Shown here: positions 47,800 to 56,081 of the stretch, in pieces
Layout of the letters: each line of letters begins with the position of its first letter
How positions within the stretch are numbered: position 1 is the stretch's first letter
IMG/VR virus record: IMGVR_UViG_3300007760_000615
Span: 1-56,081 of that record
DNA: 56,081 nucleotides
DNA from: a virus
Lineage: Duplodnaviria > Caudoviricetes
Direction: 5' to 3' (one strand)
Notes under the pieces: model-generated
Told to the model about the DNA's origin: nothing
The model's input: the letters and a program-made list of their open reading frames with translations, nothing else
Databases searched by the model: none
Program-made: the position numbers and the translations under genes

Positions 47800-48108
47800 A
47801 TGAAAAAAAATATAAAAAGACAAATACTCATTTTCACAGAAGCCCTAGGTTATGTAGAAAATGCTCACATAGACCACGGTACGGTTTATGCTAATTTCTC
47901 ATCTCAAAAAGATGCCAAATCTTATAAACAAGATTTACAAAATTTCATGAACGACTTTTATGTTGGTGATACCAAAGTTAAAGAATGGAAACTTTGGAAA
48001 GCTAATGACAAGGATGTTTATGCTTTCGACATTATGGAAGACACTTATATTCCACACGATGTTGATGTAGCAATTAATCTAGAAAACGAAAGTAGACTAG
48101 GAAAATAA
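47800..48108 (+). CDS. hypothetical early protein
   Basis: AAGGAG RBS after promoter. Confidence 0.7.
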   Translation: MKKNIKRQILIFTEALGYVENAHIDHGTVYANFSSQKDAKSYKQDLQNFMNDFYVGDTKVKEWKLWKANDKDVYAFDIMEDTYIPHDVDVAINLENESRLGK

Positions 48109-48416
48109 TGAAGAAGAGACCATACACATTAAACAGACTAGAAACACATTTAAAAGAACACGATTGGACATATGAAATGAGCGATGACCATAGAGTTTGG
48201 ACAGGTGGTACGGCTCACAGAAAACAAATGAAGAATCAAATTGAAACTTTATATGCGTCAGGATTGGGTAAGAAAGTAGAAGTTTTATTCTACAAGTATT
48301 ACCCAGTTGAAGGTTGCCACGAAGTTAGTGGATACGGAATTCAAAAAACTTGGCAAGAACATTTAGACAGAATGGCTTTAGAAGGAATCCAAGTTAAGAA
48401 AGCGGTATTACAATAA
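48108..48416 (+). CDS. hypothetical protein with HDWTYEMSDD motif
   Basis: TAATG coupling. Confidence 0.7.
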   Translation: MKKRPYTLNRLETHLKEHDWTYEMSDDHRVWTGGTAHRKQMKNQIETLYASGLGKKVEVLFYKYYPVEGCHEVSGYGIQKTWQEHLDRMALEGIQVKKAVLQ

Positions 48417-49024
48417 TGAAACCAAAAAAGAAAGATAAAAAGAAATTAAGAAAGAAAAAGAAAAGAAAAATAGAAGGTTATTATTTTGATGGTACGAAGA
48501 CTCATATACTTTATGAAGACAATCGTCCATTGAAAGGATGGGTTAGATAATGTGGAAAATTAATGCAATTTGTATCACAGGAATTATAGTCCTATTATAT
48601 TGTAATCATCTATTGAATGGATGGGGAATTAATTAATGAAAAAAGAAACTAAAAAATTGATATTAGAATTATTAGACTTTTATCCAGCGACAATAGTAGT
48701 GCCAGCGATGATACTTTTAATTTTATTTGAAGGAGTATTATTTTAATGCCTAGAATTACATACAGCCACGGTGATCATATGGCTCAATTAGGTAAGGTGA
48801 CAGGCCTATTAGAAGCCCAAACTAAAATTCAAGAACAATTGATTAAAGAAAAAAAGAAATTAAAAATATTAGAACAGAAACACTTAATAGAAAAAATTAA
48901 AGATGAAAAAAATAATGACTAGATTTATTGAAATAGGAATTAAGGCAATTTTATTCGTGATATGTACGATTTATGTATTATGGGTGACAGATACAATTCA
49001 TATTATGATGGGATGGCCATACTA

Positions 49025-49054
49025 GGTTGACGATATAGAAAGATATGCTAAAAT
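49025..49054 (+). promoter_or_regulatory. early promoter, GGTTGAC class
   Basis: TTGACG, 16 bp, TAAAAT with extended TG. Confidence 0.8.
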
Positions 49055-49075
49055 TAATAATAATGAAAGGTTGAT

Positions 49076-49543
49076 ATGAAAGAAGAAATAAAAATAATAG
49101 ACGGAACATACAAAAAAGATAATCCACATCAGGATATCGGTAAGCAGAAATTCAGAGTTAAGAAATTCTACAATGTAGAAATTGATTATGAAGTGGTTGC
49201 CAATTCAAAAGAAGAAGCGGAAGATGCCGTACAAGAACACGGTGGAATAGACAAGATTGAATGTCTAGATGGCTACTATGGTGATGAACCAGTTGAAATG
49301 ACATACAACGATCATAATTGGGATCAACAAGCAGAATCAGATTATGAAAAATATGGTAGAGAACCTAGAGTTCAAAAGATAGAAGAATGTGTACCATATG
49401 AAGATTGGGATAGTGACACAGATGTTCATTTTGAAAATTATGAAGACCCAGAGTGGACTACTGATTCTTATAGATGGAAAAAAGAAGAATTAGAAACATC
49501 TGATGAGAAAGTTAAAACGAAAGAAAGTGAGATACCATTTTAA
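49076..49543 (+). CDS. acidic hypothetical protein (EVVANSKEEA motif)
   Basis: First gene after promoter; ends in EIPF. Confidence 0.7.
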   Translation: MKEEIKIIDGTYKKDNPHQDIGKQKFRVKKFYNVEIDYEVVANSKEEAEDAVQEHGGIDKIECLDGYYGDEPVEMTYNDHNWDQQAESDYEKYGREPRVQKIEECVPYEDWDSDTDVHFENYEDPEWTTDSYRWKKEELETSDEKVKTKESEIPF

Positions 49544-49926
49544 TGTCAATAATAATCAAAACAGAACTAGACGATATTAGAGAAATAGTTGCCAAACATC
49601 CAGAAGCCTGGAAAAAGGTTTTAGATGATGGTGACATTTATGATGATACAGATTTATATGAAGATTTATATGAATATTATTCTTCAGATCCAGATTATAT
49701 GCCATACGGTACTCAGAAAGCCAGAGATGGTGATCCGGTACAATGGATAACAGAAAGATTAGACGACCTAGGAGCATTTAATCCGGCGGAGTGGCCAGAA
49801 TTTTCAGATAAGCATCAAGGAAGAGAAGATGCTCACAGCCATTTAGATTATGAAGATGAGATATCAGAAGAAGAACAAGAGAGAGCGAACCATATTGCTA
49901 AATCACAAGACAGGGGGGAGATGTAA
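49543..49926 (+). CDS. acidic hypothetical protein (MPYGTQKARDGDP motif)
   Basis: TAATG coupling. Confidence 0.7.
   Translation: MSIIIKTELDDIREIVAKHPEAWKKVLDDGDIYDDTDLYEDLYEYYSSDPDYMPYGTQKARDGDPVQWITERLDDLGAFNPAEWPEFSDKHQGREDAHSHLDYEDEISEEEQERANHIAKSQDRGEM
49867..49923 (+). repeat. 57-bp dispersed repeat, copy 2
   Basis: One mismatch to 42735-42791. Confidence 0.9.
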
Positions 49927-50243
49927 TGGATAAAGGTAAACCAGAACCAGGTAAAGAATATGCTTTAACAGGCAAGACAGGCGACAAATGTATTGCGAAT
50001 GGAAATACTTGGGCAGAATCAGAAGTTAAAAAACCTAAGATGAGAACATTTAGAGTGACATCATATGAAACTTGTCATTTTGAACAGATTGTAAAGGTTC
50101 CAGAAGTTTATACTGATGGAGAATATGATCAAGGAGAGACTGAAGGTAAAGCAATTGAAAAAGCAGGAGAGATTGGAGATTGGGGAAATGCTGAATATGG
50201 AGAAGTTCAGGATCAAGAAGCACAGGAAATAAATGGGAACTAG
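49926..50243 (+). CDS. hypothetical protein
   Basis: TAATG coupling. Confidence 0.65.
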   Translation: MDKGKPEPGKEYALTGKTGDKCIANGNTWAESEVKKPKMRTFRVTSYETCHFEQIVKVPEVYTDGEYDQGETEGKAIEKAGEIGDWGNAEYGEVQDQEAQEINGN

Positions 50244-50505
50244 ATTAAAAGATATTATATTTGATAAGCACGAAGATCTTTTATATGAAGATGAAAGAGC
50301 TAATCACGAGCAAGACAGAATTAATAAAGGAGAAATATAATGACTAGAACATTAATATTAATATCATTACTAGCAGGATTCGTACTAGCATTCTTAGGAG
50401 TCATTATTATGATTCACTCAGGTGAAGTATGGTTAGGACTTGGAATTACTTTAGTAGGATTCTATGCAGTAATAAGAGCGACACACAGAACGGTTGATTC
50501 AAGTT

Positions 50506-50778
50506 ATGATTAAAAGTTGGGAAGAAGCAAAAAAAGTAGATGACAAGATTGAAAAGACGAAGAAAAGACCATTGCCATTTCCTTGTATAGTTTTAGAACA
50601 TCCAGAAGAGATTACTAATAAATTTTCAGGCGAGAAAGTTATGTTAGAACCAGATGCGGTTGCGGTTTATGATACTATTAAAGGAGCAGAATTGCTTGGC
50701 AACGATGACCATCTTAGAAAAGGCTTAGATTGGTTTATCAAATATGAACCAGAAGCCTATATGAAATTATTAGACTAA
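50506..50778 (+). CDS. conserved phage hypothetical protein
   Basis: N.FSGE..L..AVAVYDTIKGAE..KGLDWF..AYMKLLD. Confidence 0.7.
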   Translation: MIKSWEEAKKVDDKIEKTKKRPLPFPCIVLEHPEEITNKFSGEKVMLEPDAVAVYDTIKGAELLGNDDHLRKGLDWFIKYEPEAYMKLLD

Positions 50779-50901
50779 TGGATGCCTTTATTTTATTTGT
50801 AATATTACCCGTACTAGGATATGGAATTTATTATGTTAAAGAAAACGACTTCTTCCAATTTATGATTGGATACATTAAGAAGAGAATAGGAGAAAAGAAA
50901 G

Positions 50902-51477
50902 ATGGAAGTTAATAGATACTTAATTAGATTGACGAAGTGGACACTCTTGGCACTTGCCATAGTAGTGACATTATCAATAGTCGCAAAGGCTGAAGTAAAT
51001 TCAGGATATGAAGATGCATTTGACCAATATGGCCAAGATGCAGGTATGATGGATTATGATGGACGAAATCCAGGCGAAGATAAACGATGTCTGAAATATG
51101 AAGATTGTCCTGAATGGGATGGTAATCCAGATACGAAAGTTTATTTCGATTTAATGAAATTAAGCAACGGCACAGGTGTCATTGCTAAATCAGATTTCAA
51201 TTGGAATGTTCATTTATATACCTGTCATATTAATAAGGAATTAGATAGCATTAATGGTGAAGGAGCATTTGAAAGGTTGGCAATCTTGTCAGCAAAAAAC
51301 GGAATGATACCTTGTCCAATTAATGTTAATCCACATTGGACTTATGATTGGGAATTACATATATTGAAAGCAAGATTAACAAGACTTACAAAGTTATGGC
51401 CTAGATCATATGACCCAGGACCAATGGCTCCAAGTGGACAACAAGGTTTGACAAATTCAACCGATATGGTTGAGTAG
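50902..51477 (+). CDS. exported hypothetical protein
   Basis: Signal peptide ending AKA; AGGAG RBS. Confidence 0.7.
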   Translation: MEVNRYLIRLTKWTLLALAIVVTLSIVAKAEVNSGYEDAFDQYGQDAGMMDYDGRNPGEDKRCLKYEDCPEWDGNPDTKVYFDLMKLSNGTGVIAKSDFNWNVHLYTCHINKELDSINGEGAFERLAILSAKNGMIPCPINVNPHWTYDWELHILKARLTRLTKLWPRSYDPGPMAPSGQQGLTNSTDMVE

Positions 51478-51488
51478 AAGGGAAAGTT

Positions 51489-51758
51489 ATGTTCAAATAT
51501 CTTTCTAACACGATGAAGATGACATTGATAGCTGGAATTCTATTTTTCGGATTGGCAGTTAGCTCTAAATCAGAACCGTTATCTATCGACCAGATCAAAA
51601 ATGTACCTGGTAAGGTAGTAGGTTTTATTGAGAGAGAAGTTGCTAAAACAAAGGAATATCAGACAGCGAACAAAAACGAAATGAAGTATCAGATTAAAGA
51701 TACGAAAGAAGATCTTAAAGATCTATTCGCTTCTATTAAAAGTCTTTTCATTAAGTAA
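51489..51758 (+). CDS. exported hypothetical protein
   Basis: Signal peptide; related to 46402..46713. Confidence 0.65.
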   Translation: MFKYLSNTMKMTLIAGILFFGLAVSSKSEPLSIDQIKNVPGKVVGFIEREVAKTKEYQTANKNEMKYQIKDTKEDLKDLFASIKSLFIK

Positions 51759-51765
51759 AAACAGA

Positions 51766-51836
51766 ATTCTTCGGTAAACGAAGAATATAGACAGGCGGAG
51801 TACCTTTCATTTCATTTCAACTACTTCGCCTGTTTT
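51766..51836 (+). terminator. double hairpin ending the early array; candidate 3'-derived small RNA
   Basis: ATTCTTCG/CGAAGAAT stem, then 12-bp ACAGGCGGAGTA/TACTTCGCCTGT stem (G-U pair on + strand) with a 19-nt loop and short U-tail. Confidence 0.7.
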
Positions 51837-51859
51837 CATGAACAGGAAAGGAATTAAAA

Positions 51860-52156
51860 TTATTCAGGTATGAGAGTTAGAGCTTCTTGCATCAATGTTT
51901 CGCACTCTTCATTTCTGCCAGTTAGTCTTAAAGATACCGCTTCATCTCTTTTTGTCAAAGCAGATGCCTTATCTTCATCACTAGCAGATGTGATTGCTAA
52001 TAGTCTGTCATATTCAGTTAATTCATCTTCACATTTACCATCATCGGCTAATACCGCTTTTGATTGGGCATCAGATCCTTTGGTAAAATCAACTTCGACA
52101 GCCCAAGCAGGCGATAAGAACATAAGAAATATTAATGTCAATAAAAGTTGTTTCAT
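51860..52156 (-). CDS. small secreted helical protein with a Cys pair
   Basis: Signal peptide ending AWA; TAAATA at 52162-52167. Confidence 0.7.
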   Translation of the reverse strand: MKQLLLTLIFLMFLSPAWAVEVDFTKGSDAQSKAVLADDGKCEDELTEYDRLLAITSASDEDKASALTKRDEAVSLRLTGRNEECETLMQEALTLIPE

Positions 52157-52216
52157 ACTACTATTTACCAAATATAGTCATATTACCAGAATACCATACC
52201 CGTTTTTTCCGTATTC

Positions 52217-52246
52217 GGTTGACTTTTTTAGGAAAGGTATTATAAT
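52217..52246 (+). promoter_or_regulatory. early promoter, GGTTGAC class
   Basis: TTGACT, 16 bp, TATAAT. Confidence 0.8.
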
Positions 52247-52272
52247 AAAAGAACAATGAGGGAGGAAAATAA

Positions 52273-53355
52273 TTGAAAAAATACATTAAAATCGAGCAAG
52301 GTTCATATCGTGGTAAAGATATGTCTGGTCGTATATTTCCTATCCTTAAAGATTATCAAAAATTTGGCGGCGGAAAAGAAGGTGGCTTTGTCACGGTAGA
52401 TACTACTGAATTGGCAGGTTTCACTGAGAAGGAAAAGGTACGAATTAATGTTCCAGGGATCAGCAGTTTAACGATAGTTCAAGAAGGACAATATATCACT
52501 CACAGAGACGAACTAAAACAAGATGCCAAAACAGATTCAAATAAAGAAACAGATGAAGAAGCAATAGAAAGAATAGGAAATAGATTTGCCATTCTAGATG
52601 AGATGGCTGAAGCAGTTGCGACAAGTAAAGTTAGAGCAATGATAGTATCCGGCCCTCCAGGGATAGGTAAATCATATGGAGTTGAGAAAGCACTTGAAAA
52701 ACAAAATATGTTTCAAGACATAGCAGGCGATAAAAGAAAATTTGAAATGGTTAAAGGTGCGATGAGTGCCATAGGTTTATATAAAAAGCTCTACGAATTT
52801 AAAGACAAAGGTTGTGTTTGTTGTTTTGATGACTGTGACGCAATTCTTTATGACGACTTGGCTTTGAACTTGCTTAAGGCGGCCTTAGATACAACGCCTA
52901 AGAGATCTTTGCACTGGAACACAGAATCTAGAACATTACAGAACGAAGGTATGCCTAATTCATTTGAATTCTCAGGTGGAGTTATTTTTATTACCAATAT
53001 CAAGTTTGATAATGTTAAATCTAAAAAATTACAAGATCACCTAGCGGCATTACAAAGTAGATGTCACTATTTAGACCTAACGATTGATAGTATGAGAGAT
53101 CGTATGTTAAGAATTAGACAAATATGTGGTATAGGTATGCTTAAGAAATATGCTATGCCAAAAGAAACAGAAGAAGAATTAATCCAATTCATTTATAATC
53201 ATAAACATAAATTAAGAGAGATATCATTGAGAATGGTATTAAAGATAGCAGACTTATGGAAGATGGCACCAGACAAGTATCAGCAGTTGGCAGAACAGAC
53301 TTGTATGAAGCCTGAACGAGAATTATACGACTTACGAACAGGAGCAAGATTATGA
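52273..53355 (+). CDS. AAA+/P-loop ATPase
   Basis: Walker A GPPGIGKS, Walker B CCFDDCD, VIFITN, ALQSR; TTG start after AGGGAGG. Confidence 0.85.
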   Translation: MKKYIKIEQGSYRGKDMSGRIFPILKDYQKFGGGKEGGFVTVDTTELAGFTEKEKVRINVPGISSLTIVQEGQYITHRDELKQDAKTDSNKETDEEAIERIGNRFAILDEMAEAVATSKVRAMIVSGPPGIGKSYGVEKALEKQNMFQDIAGDKRKFEMVKGAMSAIGLYKKLYEFKDKGCVCCFDDCDAILYDDLALNLLKAALDTTPKRSLHWNTESRTLQNEGMPNSFEFSGGVIFITNIKFDNVKSKKLQDHLAALQSRCHYLDLTIDSMRDRMLRIRQICGIGMLKKYAMPKETEEELIQFIYNHKHKLREISLRMVLKIADLWKMAPDKYQQLAEQTCMKPERELYDLRTGARL

Positions 53356-53852
53356 TACACGATTTAGGCTTCTTCGCTGAAATAACTTGGGCTCTTTTTC
53401 CTTATCTGTTAATCGTAGCAGTTGTCGTAGCGACAGGATGGATGATAATAACAATGATTCCTACTTGGATTAAACGATGGAAAGAATTAGGCGATGATTG
53501 GTGGTCAAAATAAGATGGAAGTTCTAACCTTTATATTCATTTCAAATGATGCTTGGATATGGTGGTTAGCAGGTATATTTGGATTCAACTTATGGTTATG
53601 GACTAAAAAAAATGACTAAGACTTTACTCATAATATTATTGATAGGTTTCTTTGTATTGGTTTATCTTGGTTATCGTAAGATTAATCGTAAATTAGAAGC
53701 ACTAATTAGATTGAATAATAGGAAGTATAAACAATGAAAGATTGGTTATTATATATCAGCACTAAAATATTTCAATTCAGAAGTGTATTGACATTGTTAG
53801 GCGTTATCCTTATAATAATAATATATTTGATGTTAAGATTTAAAGGAGTTAT

Positions 53853-54521
53853 ATGAGAAAAGAAAATAAAAAAGGAAGATTTAGAATAGGTAACTTATAT
53901 CAAGGGTTATGGTTTGCATTAATCATAATGGGAATGGTAGGAGCGTCATATTTGTTTGGCCAGTACCATCCTAATAAGAAAACGATACAAGAATTACAAG
54001 AATTATTTCATAAAGCAGAATTAAATGAAGCGACATCACTAGGGTTAGTTCAACCAGAGTTTATGTATAGTGACGCCAACTCATTCGTAGTTGCCACAGG
54101 TAAATGTGTAGATTATTTGAACTTCACAACCGACAGAAGAAGCAGAGTACCTACATCTATTATCATAGCAATGGCAGGGATTGAATCAGGATGGGGAACA
54201 AGCAGATTCTCACTAGAAGGCAATAACTTATTTGGCATACGGACTTGGGACTTGAAGAAACCACATATGAAGCCTAAGGAAGTTCCAGATGCGAAATTTG
54301 GCCTTAAGATGTATGCCACAAAGTGTGATTCAATAAAAGATATGATTAGAATCCTTAATACTCATACAGCCTATACAGATTTTAGAGTAGAACGAAGCAG
54401 TCAGATCAAAAACGGTAAGTGGAATTATCCTAGGTTGATATCATTGCTAAATCGTTGGAGTACCAACCCAGATTACGGTAAAATCATATTAAGAACCATT
54501 AAAGAAAGAGAATTACCATAG
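53853..54521 (+). CDS. membrane-anchored glucosaminidase (GH73/Bax-like) peptidoglycan hydrolase
   Basis: TM helix; IIAMAGIESGWGTSRF..NNLFGI..WSTNPDY; promoter TTGACA-17-TATAAT at 53788-53816. Confidence 0.88.
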   Translation: MRKENKKGRFRIGNLYQGLWFALIIMGMVGASYLFGQYHPNKKTIQELQELFHKAELNEATSLGLVQPEFMYSDANSFVVATGKCVDYLNFTTDRRSRVPTSIIIAMAGIESGWGTSRFSLEGNNLFGIRTWDLKKPHMKPKEVPDAKFGLKMYATKCDSIKDMIRILNTHTAYTDFRVERSSQIKNGKWNYPRLISLLNRWSTNPDYGKIILRTIKERELP

Positions 54522-54684
54522 TGAAATTTTATATCTATATTACAATATTTTTAGTCTGTGTGATAGCATTCTTTTGGATGTTATGGTTGCAAGGGACACC
54601 AGTTCAATGACAGGATTTTTAGTCTTTGCAACGGTATTCACATTGTTAGTATTACTCACAGGAATGCCTCCCAGAATTTAAGAA

Positions 54685-56040
54685 TTCTTACTGGACCTCC
54701 CTTCAGTAGAATAGCATAGGATCAGCAGTTAATTCAGTTGGTCCTATTGCCTTGATTATAATAGACATTGTAGACACCTCCCCTCTTACGGTAAGACAGA
54801 GCTCCTGCCCGAGTGACCCGAAGCAGATGCGCCGCGATTTTTTTCGTCGAGCGACCTTGGCCGGAGGCCCGGCGTACGATATTTTTTGACCAGGCTCTCC
54901 TTAGCCTAATCGTCTTATAAGTTCTATTGTTCTACACCTTTAGGCTATCGCCATTTAAGGTATCCCAAGCAGGCTAGCCCGCCTGCTGTCTCTTTGAGTT
55001 CGAACAATTAGTACGGTAGACTAGAGTAATGAGTAGATGCATCTACTCTTCTGTCACAATATGCAATTATGATGGAGATTAAATTAGGATGATGTATAGT
55101 CCTATAATGAAACAAGCTAGAACAATATACCTTATAATGGAACAGACTGGACAGAATAGATGTAGCTTGGCAAGGTGATTGCTAATGGCAGACGGTGCGG
55201 GGTTATCCGTATCCTTTATTTCCGGCTCCTTGTTATACTGAGCTCGTTCTCTCTCTGTTGGCATTGTGAGTATTTAATATCTAATCGTTATACGGTTTAA
55301 TAAGCGATCGCATTTTAGCATAGCCGGCCATCCTAAGGATTTTTATTTGGAAATAGTTTGCTTTGGTAAACTATATCTACTCGTATGAGTCGAACCACGC
55401 TGTCATGGCTCCTGACCATCGTTAGCGTATGAGTAGGCTATTGACAGGCGCTAGACTCGAAACATTATAGCCTTATCATACGGCGACGGTAGGAGATGGT
55501 AATGTTTGGTAAGCCATGGTAGGCCATTACTCGCTTCCTGAGCAACTCGACTTGGTGGATTAGGTTTGGTCTCACGCTGTGGTAGGTGATGGTAAGGATT
55601 GGTAATGCTCGTCTCCCCTAGGTAATCTTTTGAATGTCAATTGGCCTCCTCCGGAGGCCTGATTAATGCAGTTAATCAATATCATATCCGCCTAGTATGA
55701 ATAAGCCTAGCGACACACGTCAATGACAAGCGTATAGTCAAGGCAATAGCGTATTGATGACAGCAATTCATATAAGTGAGTTGCCATAGCGTATGTCCAA
55801 GGTGGGGTAGCGTATGGGTGGTCGGGTTAGTGTAGGATCTATAAGGCCCATATGGCACGGTGGAGAAGGTGGGGTGGCTCAAACTCAAAAGATTTTTTGG
55901 TGGGGTGGCCAGGCTTATAAAACTTTTTTACTTTTTTAATTTGGTAAAAGGCAACGGACCCATGGTGGAAGAAAGTCCTGGTGGCCTATAAAATACCCCC
56001 ATATTTAAAAAAATAGCAAAATTTTATAAAACTCTTGTGT
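54685..56040. other. largely non-coding, GC-elevated, repeat- and palindrome-rich region
   Basis: Only one credible ORF; TGGTA, AGCGTAT and GGTGGGGT repeats; several hairpins. Confidence 0.7.
55079..55264 (-). CDS. small membrane protein with CxxC
   Basis: TAAATA at 55271-55276; C-terminal TM helix. Confidence 0.55.
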   Translation of the reverse strand: MPTERERAQYNKEPEIKDTDNPAPSAISNHLAKLHLFCPVCSIIRYIVLACFIIGLYIILI

Positions 56041-56049
56041 TACCATTTC

Positions 56050-56079
56050 GGTTGCTTTTTAATTGCTTTATGTTATAAT
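56050..56079 (+). promoter_or_regulatory. early-class promoter variant at the window end
   Basis: GGTTGCTT, 16 bp, TATAAT with extended TG. Confidence 0.65.
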
Positions 56080-56081
56080 AA

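Noticed and set aside
52165-52180. Additional single NrdR-like box (also near 55350)
   Set aside because: Mismatch at a conserved position and no partner at 31-32 bp
55682-55888. 68-aa minus-strand ORF
   Set aside because: TTG start without RBS; composition reflects the DNA repeats
1-56081. Stop-codon reassignment or a bacterial chromosome origin for the window
   Set aside because: Genes are intact in code 11 using all three stops; PAAR, late promoters and the early small-gene array indicate a phage

Overview
AT-rich segment of a large lytic dsDNA tailed phage (T4-like/jumbo myovirus traits: PAAR spike protein, TAAATA late promoters, class Ia NrdAB, ATP-dependent ligase). The host is inferred to be a marine alphaproteobacterium, possibly SAR11-like, from an alpha-type permuted tmRNA, bL12, DUF1178 and TctA/TctC. 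About 1-36.4 kb is mostly minus strand: virion/late genes mixed with many tailoring enzymes (4 radical SAM, AsnB-like, 2OG-Fe oxygenases, methyltransferases, UDP-glucose dehydrogenase, DegT) and a TctC-TctA-methyltransferase-GATase-diiron-oxygenase cluster. About 37.4-54.7 kb is a plus-strand array of small early genes driven by repeated GGTTGAC promoters with 16-bp spacers. About 54.7-56.1 kb is largely non-coding and repeat-rich. The most unusual signals are non-coding: (i) three tandem pairs of NrdR-box-like operators, each exactly 32 bp apart, located at early promoters and inside a coding region rather than at nrdAB; (ii) an operon-terminal hairpin whose loop is antisense to the translation starts of the first genes of several early cassettes. 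All product calls come from motif recognition by eye; no database searches were run.
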